Positions 50,938 through 60,326 of a DNA stretch of 64,000 bases are shown here, piece after piece. The position numbers were made by a program, and so were the translations under genes. Where the stretch lies: positions 13,089-77,088 of the forward strand of contig OZ253463.1 of the NCBI GenBank assembly GCA_965261635.1, in the 5' to 3' direction. The notes beneath the pieces were generated by a model, which worked only from the letters and a program-made list of their open reading frames with translations, had not been told where the DNA came from and did not search any database. Source of the DNA: Chloroflexota bacterium (GTDB lineage Bacteria; Chloroflexota; UBA11872; VXOZ01). The first letter of the stretch is position 1, and each line of letters starts with the position of its first letter.

Positions 50938-50957
50938 TCCCGCTTTCGCGGGAATGA
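49947..50957 (+). CDS. IS30-family transposase
   Basis: YRQLSIEER, PSTIMREVKRN, WSPEQ, GHWEAD, FDNGTEF, PWQKGGIEN, PRKCL. Confidence 0.95.
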   Translation: MGTHYRQLSIEERCELARLHTAGHSYRQIAAALDRAPSTIMREVKRNGSRTKGYQATYADEQAWARRWVGGKLERDAALRKTVLGYLRQCWSPEQVAGHMARDAGGPAISHETIYRFIYGQVARTKDYSWRHYLPRGKAQRRPHRRSGRSPASFIAKRRPLAERPQAAADRQTPGHWEADLMLFGRGGHAVLALHERHSRLLIAARQPGKAADPIASTMYDLLAVLPEAWRQTVTFDNGTEFARHYRLHDLGIQTFFCDTHAPWQKGGIENAIGRMRRMLPRKTDLAEMSAERFAQLIQAYNHTPRKCLDYQTPAEVFLKQTLHLKCESTLPLSRE

Positions 50958-51037
50958 CGGGAGACGCGGCGTGCAACTTCTCGTCGCACGCCGCCTATTG
51001 TTGTCGGCCAGTATGAGAAGGTCAGACTGGGAAGTCT

Positions 51038-51322
51038 TCAGGCCATTCCGCCGGAAACAGCGGGCACGATGGAGACCTCGTCGCCGTCGCTGAGCGCAGT
51101 TGCCAGGCCATCCATGAAGCGGATGTCCTCACCGCGCACGTAGATGTTGATGAAGCGCCGCAGTTCGCCGTCTTCATCGCACATGCGCGCCTTGAACCCT
51201 TCGTGGGCCTCGTCCAACTTCGTAATCAGTTCTTCGATAGTGCTCGCGTCTTCCACAGTGACCTCGGCCTTGCCGCCGGCCAGGGGACGGAGCGGGGTGG
51301 GAATCTTCACGGTATTTGCCAT
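51038..51322 (-). CDS. MoaD/ThiS/CysO-like ubiquitin-fold sulfur carrier
   Basis: VKIPTPLR, RFINIYV.GEDIRF, IVPAVSGG followed by MA. Confidence 0.9.
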   Translation of the reverse strand: MANTVKIPTPLRPLAGGKAEVTVEDASTIEELITKLDEAHEGFKARMCDEDGELRRFINIYVRGEDIRFMDGLATALSDGDEVSIVPAVSGGMA

Positions 51323-51348
51323 TATTCTGTCTTGTCCTTCCTAGAAAC

Positions 51349-52611
51349 TCACACCGTTACGGGGGCGCGTTCCAGTCCGCGCACTGCCTCTTCGAACGAT
51401 TCTACGTGCGGCGTAATCCGAATCGTCAAATCGAGGGTATCTGAGACCGCCTCCTGCGCCTTGAGCCCATTGCCCGTGACATAAGCCACCGTGACCTCGT
51501 CGGGCGCGATCTGCCCGTTTTCGACCAGCTTCTTGAGGGTGGCAATCGTCACGCCGCCCGCGGGCTCGGTGAATACGCCCTCCGTCGATGCCAGTAGCTT
51601 GATTGCCTCCACCACCTCCTCGTCGGTGACGGACTCGATGATACCGCCGGTATCCTGCGCAATCTTCACGGCGTGGTAGCCATCGGCGGGATTGCCGATA
51701 GCCAACGAATGGGCAATCGTGGTCGGCATCTTCACCGGCCTGATGGCGGTAGTATTGGCGGCGAAGGCTTCCGCCACCGGGCTACATCCCTCGCCCTGTG
51801 CGCCGGAAATGCGCGTGTGCGGCGTGCCCGACAGCAACCCCACCTTGTACAACTCGTTCAGCCCCTTGTACACCTTGGTGTACAACGAGCCGGAGGCAAT
51901 GGGCGCCACGATGTGGTCCGGCGCGCGCCAGCCCAACTGCTCCACCACCTCGTACGCCAGCGTCTTCGATCCCTCCGAGTAGAAGGGGCGGATGTTGATA
52001 TTGACGAAGGCCCAAGCGTAGCGGTCGGCAAGCTCGCTGCAGAGGCGGTTCAGCTCGTCGTAGGTGCCTTCCACCGAGACCACCGTAGCGCCATACACCG
52101 CCGCGTTCACCACCTTGCCGTGCTCCACGGTGTGGGGCAGGAAGACGAAGGTGCGCAGGCCGTTGCGCACACCGGCGGCGGCCGTTGCGCTCGCCAGGTT
52201 GCCGGTGGAAGCGCACGCAAACGTATCGAACCCAAATTCCTTGGCCTTGGCTACCGCCACCGAGACCACCCGGTCCTTAAAGGAGAACGTTGGATTCACG
52301 CTATCGTTCTTGACGTAGAGTTCCTTCAGGCCCAGAGCCTTGCCCAGGTTGTGGGCGCGCTGCAAAGGCGTAAAGCCGACCCGCCAGTCCAGGTCTTCCC
52401 CATGCTCCACGGGGAGCAGGTCCTTATAGCGCCAAAGCGAAATCGGCCCCTGCGCGATCTTCTCGCGGCTGGTTATCTCGCGAATGGCATCGTAATCGTA
52501 TTCGACCTCCAGAGGGCCGAAGCAGAAGGAACAGACGTACGTCGGTTGCACGGGATAGCGCTCCCCGCACTCCCGACACTTCAGTCCCCGTATTCGTTCC
52601 ACATTGTTCAT
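51349..52611 (-). CDS. thrC: threonine synthase-like PLP enzyme
   Basis: CRECG/CSFCFG, NPTFSFKDR, ASTGN, EGSKT, EPAGG, TGNGLK. Confidence 0.8.
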   Translation of the reverse strand: MNNVERIRGLKCRECGERYPVQPTYVCSFCFGPLEVEYDYDAIREITSREKIAQGPISLWRYKDLLPVEHGEDLDWRVGFTPLQRAHNLGKALGLKELYVKNDSVNPTFSFKDRVVSVAVAKAKEFGFDTFACASTGNLASATAAAGVRNGLRTFVFLPHTVEHGKVVNAAVYGATVVSVEGTYDELNRLCSELADRYAWAFVNINIRPFYSEGSKTLAYEVVEQLGWRAPDHIVAPIASGSLYTKVYKGLNELYKVGLLSGTPHTRISGAQGEGCSPVAEAFAANTTAIRPVKMPTTIAHSLAIGNPADGYHAVKIAQDTGGIIESVTDEEVVEAIKLLASTEGVFTEPAGGVTIATLKKLVENGQIAPDEVTVAYVTGNGLKAQEAVSDTLDLTIRITPHVESFEEAVRGLERAPVTV

Positions 52612-53090
52612 AGTTCGGCGTCTCACTTGCTTCGACTAGCTCAGAACTAACATTTTTCACTCGTGCGCCGTCTCATGGACCAGCCCGGCGCCATCTCCGG
52701 TATGTCGTTTACCTAGCTCCCTCTCCCACCGCGTCTTGCTCCCTCTGCCATTGTCTCTTACTCCCTCTCCCCGTGGGAGAGGGTTGGGGTGAGGGTCTTG
52801 CGCTCATCTGCGTTCCGACACCTGACGTAGCTTCTCAAGAATTGTGTTCGCTAAGATATTGCCCGCAGCGGGGCATGCACGGCAACCCACCAACGTCCGT
52901 CGATGTCACGCTTCTGCCGTACGTGTGCGTCCCCGCGCGCCTGGCAGCGTGCCCATAGATTAAGCGAGTGCCGTCCAACGCTCCCGGTACGAACAGCCGT
53001 TCGCATTCATCCGAAATCAAAATTCCCATTAAATAAGAACAACCCCTTTCTCTTTCCTTATAGAGAGGGGTCGTATGTCGCAATATTTCC

Positions 53091-53206
53091 CCTTATCTTG
53101 CCCCAATGCGCATGGGGCCGGAATTGGCACCCTGTCGTGGACTCAAATAGCGTCCACCGGGATGCCGGGCTTCACAGGGCCGTTTCCCTCCACCTCTCTT
53201 GATAAG
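53091..53206 (-). ncRNA. SAM-I (S-box) riboswitch
   Basis: Minus strand: cttatcaagagaggtggagggaaacggccctgtgaagcccggca...ggtgccaattcc...aagataag. Confidence 0.9.
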
Positions 53207-53327
53207 GCACCGGTTATTCAATTGTTAACGAGCGCAGGCGTTCGGCTCACTCGCCACCTACCTGCATCTCAGTCACGGGATATGTTAACATAGCCCCGCA
53301 AGCTCGTCAAACGATACGTTTAGCGCA

Positions 53328-53562
53328 ATTAGTAGACCTAGACTTGATAGCTTTGCAGGACTGCATTTCATGTCATTCCGAGCGCAGCGGCGAACAAGAG
53401 TTCGAGGAATCTAGAAATTCCCGCACTCTAGATTCCTCGTCGCGGAGTTTATCCTGAGCCTGCCGAAGGGCTCCTCAGAGAATGACAGAGTGAGGAGCGC
53501 TTTGGGTATAGGTGCGCGCGATGTCTCGCGTATCTGCACGGCCTAAGTCCAAATCTACTAAT
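53328..53562. mobile_element. MITE-like element, inverted copy of 35521-35746
   Basis: attagtagac...tctactaat ends; interior matches in reverse complement. Confidence 0.7.
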
Positions 53563-53785
53563 CCCGACGGTTAGAGCACCCAACATAGGCAACATCCGAT
53601 AGACAAGCTGTACAATTAACTTAACCCATGCCAACTTGCCGACACGTACCTCTAGCGTAGCCATGGCATGGTAGTTGTATTCGGTAACCGCTTGGCCTCC
53701 GAACGCTCTTGGCTAGTGTAATACTACGCAGAACTCCCAATTAACATGATAGCGTGGCACCTTTCAAAGGAGAAAGAAACCCTCG

Positions 53786-54496
53786 ATGGCAACCGAAAAA
53801 CTCCCGGAAGGACTGGTTCCCAGCGGCAGTTCACTCACGTTCACGGAAGACACCATCCCAGCAGCCCTGCAAAAGGAACACACGTTGGCGGCAGGACGTT
53901 GGGGCGTCCTCCACGTGTTTGCAGGCAGCGTGCGGTTTGTGAACCTCGAGACCAGTGAAGAGAGCGACGTTTCTGCGCCCGATCACGTGATCATTCACCC
54001 GGAGGCTCCGCACAGAGTACATCTCACCGGGCCGGTACAATGCCGCGTTGACTTCTTTCGAGAGTTGGACGACGACTCCACCATGCGCACGCCGGGCAGC
54101 TTTGCCGGCGATGAGGTGCGGCAAAGTTTCGCGCGCTGCGAGGCCGCCGGCGATTTCGCTGAAACCTTCTACGAAGCCTTTATGAGTGCCTCTCCCGCGA
54201 TTGCCCCGCTCTTTGCCAAGACGGAGTTCGCACGCCAACGCACGCTGCTCCGGGATTCGGTGTATCTGATGGTGACCCAGGACATCTCGGACCCGGAGAT
54301 GCGAGCATTACTGAACAAACTTGGCGACCTCCACAGCCGCGCCGGGCGCAACATCGCGCCAATGCTCTACGAACTATGGCTGGACAGCATCTGCAAAACG
54401 GTAAAAGCCCTCGACCCGGAGTGGACCCAGTCACTCGAAGACCACTGGCGGGTACGCCTGCGCGCGGGCATGCAGATCATCACGGCGGCGTACTGA
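53786..54496 (+). CDS. DUF1971 (TehB N-terminal cupin-like) / globin fusion
   Basis: FTEDTIPAAL..EH....WG.L.V..G, PHRV; then SF.RC, FYE.F, F.KTEF.RQ, H, YELW. Confidence 0.7.
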   Translation: MATEKLPEGLVPSGSSLTFTEDTIPAALQKEHTLAAGRWGVLHVFAGSVRFVNLETSEESDVSAPDHVIIHPEAPHRVHLTGPVQCRVDFFRELDDDSTMRTPGSFAGDEVRQSFARCEAAGDFAETFYEAFMSASPAIAPLFAKTEFARQRTLLRDSVYLMVTQDISDPEMRALLNKLGDLHSRAGRNIAPMLYELWLDSICKTVKALDPEWTQSLEDHWRVRLRAGMQIITAAY

Positions 54497-54753
54497 CGGC
54501 GCTGAGCAAGCTCCGCAAACAGAGCGGCCATCGGACACATTGAGGTGCCTTTGAATTGAAAAAGCAATTGGCATATTGCGATAGATCGCTACAGTCGGGC
54601 TTTGACATGCTGCGACCGGTCACAGTGGTGCTACACGTGGCTCTTGTGAAAAACTGAGAGCTCTCATCGCACTGTTGAAGAATTGAATTGAGTAAGGGTA
54701 CAGGGTACACTTTCAAGTACAGCACATTTAGGAGCGTGTAAGGAGCAAAGGTG

Positions 54754-54990
54754 ATGGATGATCTTGCTCAAGAGTATGCCGTCTATGAGTCCCAACGAGA
54801 GGAGCTAGAGGCCGCTCATACAGGCGAGTATGTACTCATCAAGGGTAACGAGGTCGTTGGCACCTATGACTCCCTTGACAATGCGCTGCGCGTTGCCGTC
54901 AAGCGATTCGGCAGAGGCCCTTACCTCATCGAGGAAATAGGCTTGCCTGTGCCAGAGTCGGTATTCCCCACATTCTATAGCGCAAATTGA
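54754..54990 (+). CDS. small DUF5678-like protein
   Basis: H.GEYVLIKGNEVVGTYDS...A.....RFG..PYLI. Confidence 0.6.
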   Translation: MDDLAQEYAVYESQREELEAAHTGEYVLIKGNEVVGTYDSLDNALRVAVKRFGRGPYLIEEIGLPVPESVFPTFYSAN

Positions 54991-55436
54991 TGAAGCAGGT
55001 AAGTTGCGGGGCCGGCGACTCCCGTACTCTAATGGTAGAGGGCCCGATGTTGCGTGTGCGGATAGGCTTCGACCCGGATTATTTTCTTGGCAAGAATCCT
55101 TCTCCGTCTTTGCCGCCGACGGACCTTCCGGCGCTCGTAGATACCGGAGCGACGTATAGTGCTATCGATTCAGGACTTGGGGCGTATCTTGGCTTGCCGC
55201 GTGTAGGCAATACGCGCGTATCGGGCGCCCATGGCAGCGGCGAGCTTCCTCTTTACGCCGCCCAAGTCTACGTAATCGACTTGGATTACACGATGACCGG
55301 TCAATTCGCAGGGGCGCATCTTTCTAGTGGAAATCAAAAATGCTTGGCTGTGCTCGGCAGGTCTTTTCTCCGCGACTTTACGATGATCTACGAAGGTCAC
55401 TCTGGGCGCGTGCTCATCCACAGTTCACCAACCTAG
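54987..55436 (+). CDS. retropepsin-like aspartyl protease
   Basis: ALVDTGATYSAI and VLGRSFL. Confidence 0.8.
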   Translation: MMKQVSCGAGDSRTLMVEGPMLRVRIGFDPDYFLGKNPSPSLPPTDLPALVDTGATYSAIDSGLGAYLGLPRVGNTRVSGAHGSGELPLYAAQVYVIDLDYTMTGQFAGAHLSSGNQKCLAVLGRSFLRDFTMIYEGHSGRVLIHSSPT

Positions 55437-55708
55437 ACTCGACCCAAGTCTTCCGTCGTTAGCGGTAACTCTCGTGCTGCCGCGCAACCCTCAGGTCGCA
55501 CAAAACCGTCCCTCACACGCTCGTCGTCCATTCCTCACGCGGTGTCTCATGTAGCCGCATTTTGTCCTTGTGAGTCGCTTCGCTCCCGTGCGCCGCACGT
55601 CGCTTCCTGCAAATAAGCGTGGCATCGATACGGCATCTGCAAATGATTGCTTGTCTATGCTAGTATACGGTATCAATTGTCGCGCAGCGTAGGAGGCAGG
55701 ACTTTACC

Positions 55709-56782
55709 ATGCAGGTGCAAATTACCGCGCCAATTCATGGCGCGATCCTCAATCGGCACGACGGGCGGCAGGACGACTCGGGCTTGCACATCACGGTGCA
55801 GGGCGTGGTGAGCGAGGCCGATACAGTGACGGTGAACGGCGTGGCGGCCACCATAATCGGCGCCACGTTCACAGCGGACTATACCCTGGACGTCCACGAG
55901 ACGGTGCTTACGGCCGTGGCGGAACGCGGCGGGGAGACGCTAACCCACGCCGTAACGGTGCTCTGGGACCAGCGTTCGTTCCCGCGCTACCGCTTCTCGC
56001 TAGATGACGACGTGCTGTTCCTGCGCGATATCGCCTTGGAACGGCCGAAGTCGCTCTTCGACAACTTCTACCTGGGGTTCATGCGCGACCTCCGCAATCG
56101 CTACGGCACCAAGACCCACATCAACATCTACTACGCCTACGAGGACTTCGACCTGCGGCAGATGCCGGATACGTATAAGTCCGAGTGGCGCGACAATGCC
56201 GACTGGCTGCAGCTTTCGTTCCACGCCCGGACCGACCATCCGCGCGATCCGTATAAGGAAGCGTCTGCGGAGAAGATTCTTACGGACTACCGGCAGGTGC
56301 GCGACGAGACGCTGCGCTTTGCGGGTGAGGAAAGCTGGTCGCTCTTCACTACGATTCACTGGGGCGAGGGCACCCGCCTGGGCTGCCGCGCGCTGCGCCA
56401 GGAGGGTATCTGGGGCCTGGCGGGCTACTTCATTCCCGCTCCTGACCTGCGCGTGAACTACTACCTTGATCACGCTACCACCGCTTACCTGCACACCCAC
56501 GACTACTGGATGGACTACAGCGAGGATATTCTCTTCGTTACCCACGATCAGGTGATTAACTCGCACAAGACGCCGGAGGAAGTGACGGCCCATCTGGACT
56601 CCGTGGGGCAAGACCCCCACCGCAGTGAGATCATGGAGCTAATGGTCCACGAACAGTACTTCCGCAAAGAGCTGCGGCATTACCAGCCCAACGTGCCCGC
56701 AAAGACCGAGGCGGCCATCCGCTGGGCGACCGAACACGGCTACAAGTCGGTCTTGTACAATGAGGGCTTTCTGGGGGCGTAG
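55709..56782 (+). CDS. hypothetical protein (Ig-like N-terminus + deacetylase-like barrel)
   Basis: ITAP..G, VTVNG, FSLDD, LSFHA, HWG, MVHEQY; aggagg RBS. Confidence 0.55.
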   Translation: MQVQITAPIHGAILNRHDGRQDDSGLHITVQGVVSEADTVTVNGVAATIIGATFTADYTLDVHETVLTAVAERGGETLTHAVTVLWDQRSFPRYRFSLDDDVLFLRDIALERPKSLFDNFYLGFMRDLRNRYGTKTHINIYYAYEDFDLRQMPDTYKSEWRDNADWLQLSFHARTDHPRDPYKEASAEKILTDYRQVRDETLRFAGEESWSLFTTIHWGEGTRLGCRALRQEGIWGLAGYFIPAPDLRVNYYLDHATTAYLHTHDYWMDYSEDILFVTHDQVINSHKTPEEVTAHLDSVGQDPHRSEIMELMVHEQYFRKELRHYQPNVPAKTEAAIRWATEHGYKSVLYNEGFLGA

Positions 56783-56911
56783 CAGACCTCCACAAACTTC
56801 TGCGAGACTGTAGTGGGTGTGGCGGGTTTTCTTGGATTCCCACCCTCTAGGAATACAAATGTGTAGAGGCACGACATGTCGTGACCCTACTAAGCTGGGT
56901 CGAGAGGATTC

Positions 56912-56945
56912 GCCCTCACCCCGACCCTCTCCCCCGGGAGAGGGA
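56912..56945. repeat. REP-like family C (ccctcacc..ccctctccc-N-gggagaggg)
   Basis: Relatives near 9609/10861, 22860, 42631 and 52762. Confidence 0.7.
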
Positions 56946-57075
56946 GCCTTTTACACCCTCCTCGGTTTGTGCAAGGGTCTGCCCGGGAGAGGTTGAACTT
57001 TCTGTGCCAAGTGCTATGGTGACCGTCGTGTTCTTCGGTCAAAGCAACCAAATGGCCTCTTGGTAGGGGCCTTGC

Positions 57076-57324
57076 TTAGTCTCTATCGAGACCCTCTTCG
57101 CCGATCAGGGCGCTGAGCGAGGTATCGAGGGCTGCCGCGATTCTCGCCGCCGCGCCGATGGTGATGTTCTGCCTACCTTTTTCTACCGTGCTGAGGTAGG
57201 CACGGTCGAGACCAGCCTTCGCAGCCAGTTCCTGTTGGCTCCACCCTCTCTGCTTGCGCAGTTGCTGGACATTGCGTCCCAGGGCACCCAAGTAGTCTGC
57301 GGCGGTCTTCGGCTCCTCGCCCAC
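57076..57324 (-). CDS. XRE-family HTH regulator
   Basis: LRKQRGWSQQELAAKAGLDRAYLSTVEKGRQNIT; start uncertain. Confidence 0.8.
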   Translation of the reverse strand: MGEEPKTAADYLGALGRNVQQLRKQRGWSQQELAAKAGLDRAYLSTVEKGRQNITIGAAARIAAALDTSLSALIGEEGLDRD

Positions 57325-57586
57325 GCTCAGAAGGCGGTTTGCTACGCTAATTGCCTCCAAGGGATCGCCGGAAACGAGGTCCGCCGGAATCTCGGCACGC
57401 AGTGCGGGATCTGAAAGACCCGATGGAGGATACGCCCCCTCGCCTCCAGGGAATCGACTGCGCTCGCAGGGAGCTGATTGGATAGCACGCTGGCAGTGGA
57501 CAGCCTTCACGAGCGACCGCGTCGGCGAGAGGAGGAGGATTGGGTCTTAGAGATACGAGTTGCACGCAGACTTAAGGAGTAAAGTA

Positions 57587-57802
57587 GTGGAAACTCTGCA
57601 ATTGGTGGCCCTCGTCGTAGCGGCTATCGGCGCCATAAACTGGGGCCTGGTCGGCCTTGCTAAGATCGATCTCGTAGCTCTCATCGCGGGCGGCCTCAAG
57701 TTTGGTGAAGTCAACAGCATATCCCGCGTTCTGTATATCGTCGTCGGCATCGCCGGAATTCTCGCCATTGTGTTGGAATTCACCGGTGGAAACGGCGCAT
57801 AG
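57587..57802 (+). CDS. DUF378-family small membrane protein
   Basis: IGAINWGLVG...DLVA, YIVVGIAG; taaggag RBS. Confidence 0.85.
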   Translation: METLQLVALVVAAIGAINWGLVGLAKIDLVALIAGGLKFGEVNSISRVLYIVVGIAGILAIVLEFTGGNGA

Positions 57803-58106
57803 TCTTGCCGCGGGGTATGCGGAGCCGCAGGAGTTGCAATGGCTATGCTTGTAGCTTCTCACTGCGCTCGTCTTCTGCTCGTCGATCGAACGAAGTCAAT
57901 GAAGAAGCGAGGACACACTATGATGTGTGTCCTCGCTTTCGTCTGCGCAAAAATGGGACGCAGGCCTCTTTACTTGACGCCCGCTGTCTGTCGGACCGGT
58001 CACGACCCTGAGCGCCTATGCCGCAAAGACCGGCTCTGTAATAGCCCGTGAGGCGCGCCGATTTAGGAAGTATGGATGTGCGTACACGCGTAGTCGAATC
58101 AGCGCA

Positions 58107-58826
58107 CTACGTACACTGCCAGGCCGGATCGATATTCACCGCGCCAAGACTCCAATCCTGCATTCGCCAGCCATCGCCTTCGCGTGCAAACGTATATTGC
58201 TGACCGGGATAGGTCACGACTTCTCGCGACGTTTGTTCTTCATCGCTGGCCGTACAGTTCAAGACAGCTTCGTAGGTCCACACCTCTTGGGTCTCGACCA
58301 CCACTTCACTCTCGTCTTCTGAGACACTTTGCACAATGCATGTATTCAACTGCAGGACGATGGCGGTGATTCGGTTTACGCTATAAGTATCGGTACTTTT
58401 GCCCACCAGATATGCAGCAGAGGCTTGGGCGCGTGCCGTCACCTCTCCCCACGTGGCACTGAGTTGTGCCGCATCCAGCTCACCGCGCATGACCGCGGCC
58501 TGGCTCTCGTTTGCCGCAACAATCGCGCCGCTAAGATCAGATGTACAGGGATCGCCTACCGCAATTGCCGTTGCCGGCGTCCCTTCCGGTTCCGGCGTTG
58601 GCGCAGGCGGCGGCGTTGGTATTGGAAGAGGCGTCGGAGTCCCAAGCGTAGGAAAGGGAGCAACTGAGGGCGTCGGCTCCAACTCCATAGCCTCCGTCGT
58701 TGGCGTGGCTTCTACCACCTCATCGGCACCGGGGTCTGTCAGCCGCAAAGCCACAGCCGTTCCGGCAACCACCACCAATACAACAATCAAAATGATGAGC
58801 ATTCGAATGACCCACGTCCAACTCAT
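58107..58826 (-). CDS. hypothetical membrane-anchored protein with Pro/Thr linker
   Basis: N-terminal TM helix, PTP repeats, Cys-containing C-terminal domain. Confidence 0.65.
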   Translation of the reverse strand: MSWTWVIRMLIILIVVLVVVAGTAVALRLTDPGADEVVEATPTTEAMELEPTPSVAPFPTLGTPTPLPIPTPPPAPTPEPEGTPATAIAVGDPCTSDLSGAIVAANESQAAVMRGELDAAQLSATWGEVTARAQASAAYLVGKSTDTYSVNRITAIVLQLNTCIVQSVSEDESEVVVETQEVWTYEAVLNCTASDEEQTSREVVTYPGQQYTFAREGDGWRMQDWSLGAVNIDPAWQCT

Positions 58827-58917
58827 GTTCCCCCTCCTATACTCTACTACCTGCTACCATACTACTCTGAATCACTACATAATGCACAAGACGCCAACGC
58901 CGCTGATGAATGCAAGG

Positions 58918-58962
58918 TGCTATAATGAGTGTGTTTGCGGAAGTGGGAAAGCCCACTTTTCT
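58918..58962 (+). promoter_or_regulatory. nusA operon extended -10 promoter and leader terminator hairpin
   Basis: TGcTATAAT at 58918-58926; aagtggg-aaag-cccactttt hairpin like the rimP-nusA leader. Confidence 0.65.
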
Positions 58963-59016
58963 TAATTCTTGGCGGCAGACCCAGGATATTGTCGGCAGAC
59001 GGGGAAGGTATCGCGA

Positions 59017-60198
59017 ATGAAGAACGACTTTGGATCCGCGATCGCGCAGATTGCCAGTGAAAAAGGATTGAACCAAGAGGACGTGATCAGCGCGTTGGAG
59101 ACTGCGATTCTTTCTGCATATCGGAAAGTCAGCGGCGACCCGGTGCCGAATGCCGTAGCGTATTTTGACCTGCAATCCGGTGAATCGAAGATATACGTGC
59201 CCAAACTGGTTGTAGAAGACGTAGAGGACCCCGAAGCCGAGGTCAGCCTGGCCGAAGCGCAAGTAATTGACTCCGAGGCAGAAACCGGCGACGAAATTGA
59301 AGTGGAGATAACGCCTCCCAACGTGGGACGCATTGCCGCCCAAGCCGCACGCCAGGTATTGCTGCAATCGTTGCGGGAGAAGGAGCGCGACCACGTCTAC
59401 GATGAATTTATCGATCGCGTGGGCGAGGTTGTGAGCGGAAGGGTGCAGCGGGTAGACAATCGCGGCGTGGTGCTCGACTTCGGCCGGGCAGAAGCCCTGA
59501 TGTCGTCCGCAGACATGGTACCGGGTGAGCGTGATCGCTACCGCTTGGGCCAGCGGCTGCGCGCTTATATAGCTGAAGTGCGGAAGGACCTGAAGGGACC
59601 CGTGGTTCGCGTTTCGCGCGCCCACAAGGACTTCATCCGGCGACTCATCGAACAGGAAGTCCCCGAAGTGCAATCCGGCACTGTAGAAATCAAGGAGATT
59701 GCCCGCGACCCGGGATCGCGCACAAAGGTGGCTGTATTCGCTAAACAGGAGGGGCTTGACCCGGTTGGGTCATGCGTCGGCATGCGGGGAACGCGCATCC
59801 AGAACGTGCTGCGGGAACTTGGCAATGAAAAGGTGGAAATCATCGAGTGGAGCGCGGATACCGCCACGTTCATCAAGAATGCGCTCTCCCCCGCTGAGAT
59901 TCAACTGGTGGAACTCATCGAGGTTGACGATCAGCAAATAGCCTCCGTACAGGTCAGGGCGGACATGGTGTCGCTGGCTATTGGCCGCGACGGCCAGAAC
60001 ACACGGCTCGCCAATAGACTCACCGGGTGGAAGATCAATATCCATTCACTAGAAGAAGAGAAAGCCGCCGTCGCACCGGCCGCGGTCTCAGCGGAGGCGT
60101 CAGCCGAGGTAGAAGACGCGCCGGCGCAAGCAGCGGCCGCACAGCAGGATGCTGCGGAATCTCTTGAGACAGAGGAGTCAACGAGTAGCACTAGCTAA
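59017..60198 (+). CDS. nusA: transcription termination factor NusA
   Basis: GRIAAQAARQV, EVPE, RDPGSRTKVAV, PVGSCVGMRGTR, SLAIGRDGQN. Confidence 0.97.
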   Translation: MKNDFGSAIAQIASEKGLNQEDVISALETAILSAYRKVSGDPVPNAVAYFDLQSGESKIYVPKLVVEDVEDPEAEVSLAEAQVIDSEAETGDEIEVEITPPNVGRIAAQAARQVLLQSLREKERDHVYDEFIDRVGEVVSGRVQRVDNRGVVLDFGRAEALMSSADMVPGERDRYRLGQRLRAYIAEVRKDLKGPVVRVSRAHKDFIRRLIEQEVPEVQSGTVEIKEIARDPGSRTKVAVFAKQEGLDPVGSCVGMRGTRIQNVLRELGNEKVEIIEWSADTATFIKNALSPAEIQLVELIEVDDQQIASVQVRADMVSLAIGRDGQNTRLANRLTGWKINIHSLEEEKAAVAPAAVSAEASAEVEDAPAQAAAAQQDAAESLETEESTSSTS

Positions 60199-60326
60199 AC
60201 TCTGTGCATGACACGCAGTGAGGAAGTTCCTTAAGCGCGCCTTGCACAGCAGCCGTGGCCGGCAGCATGGTGACGGCCACTTGCACGAGAACAAAAGGGA
60301 GAATGCAGTCTTTGAGGGTGGGTGCG

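Noticed and set aside
57076-57324. XRE protein as an R-M controller (C protein)
   Set aside because: Similar fold, but about 30 kb from the nearest R-M locus and no C-box identified.
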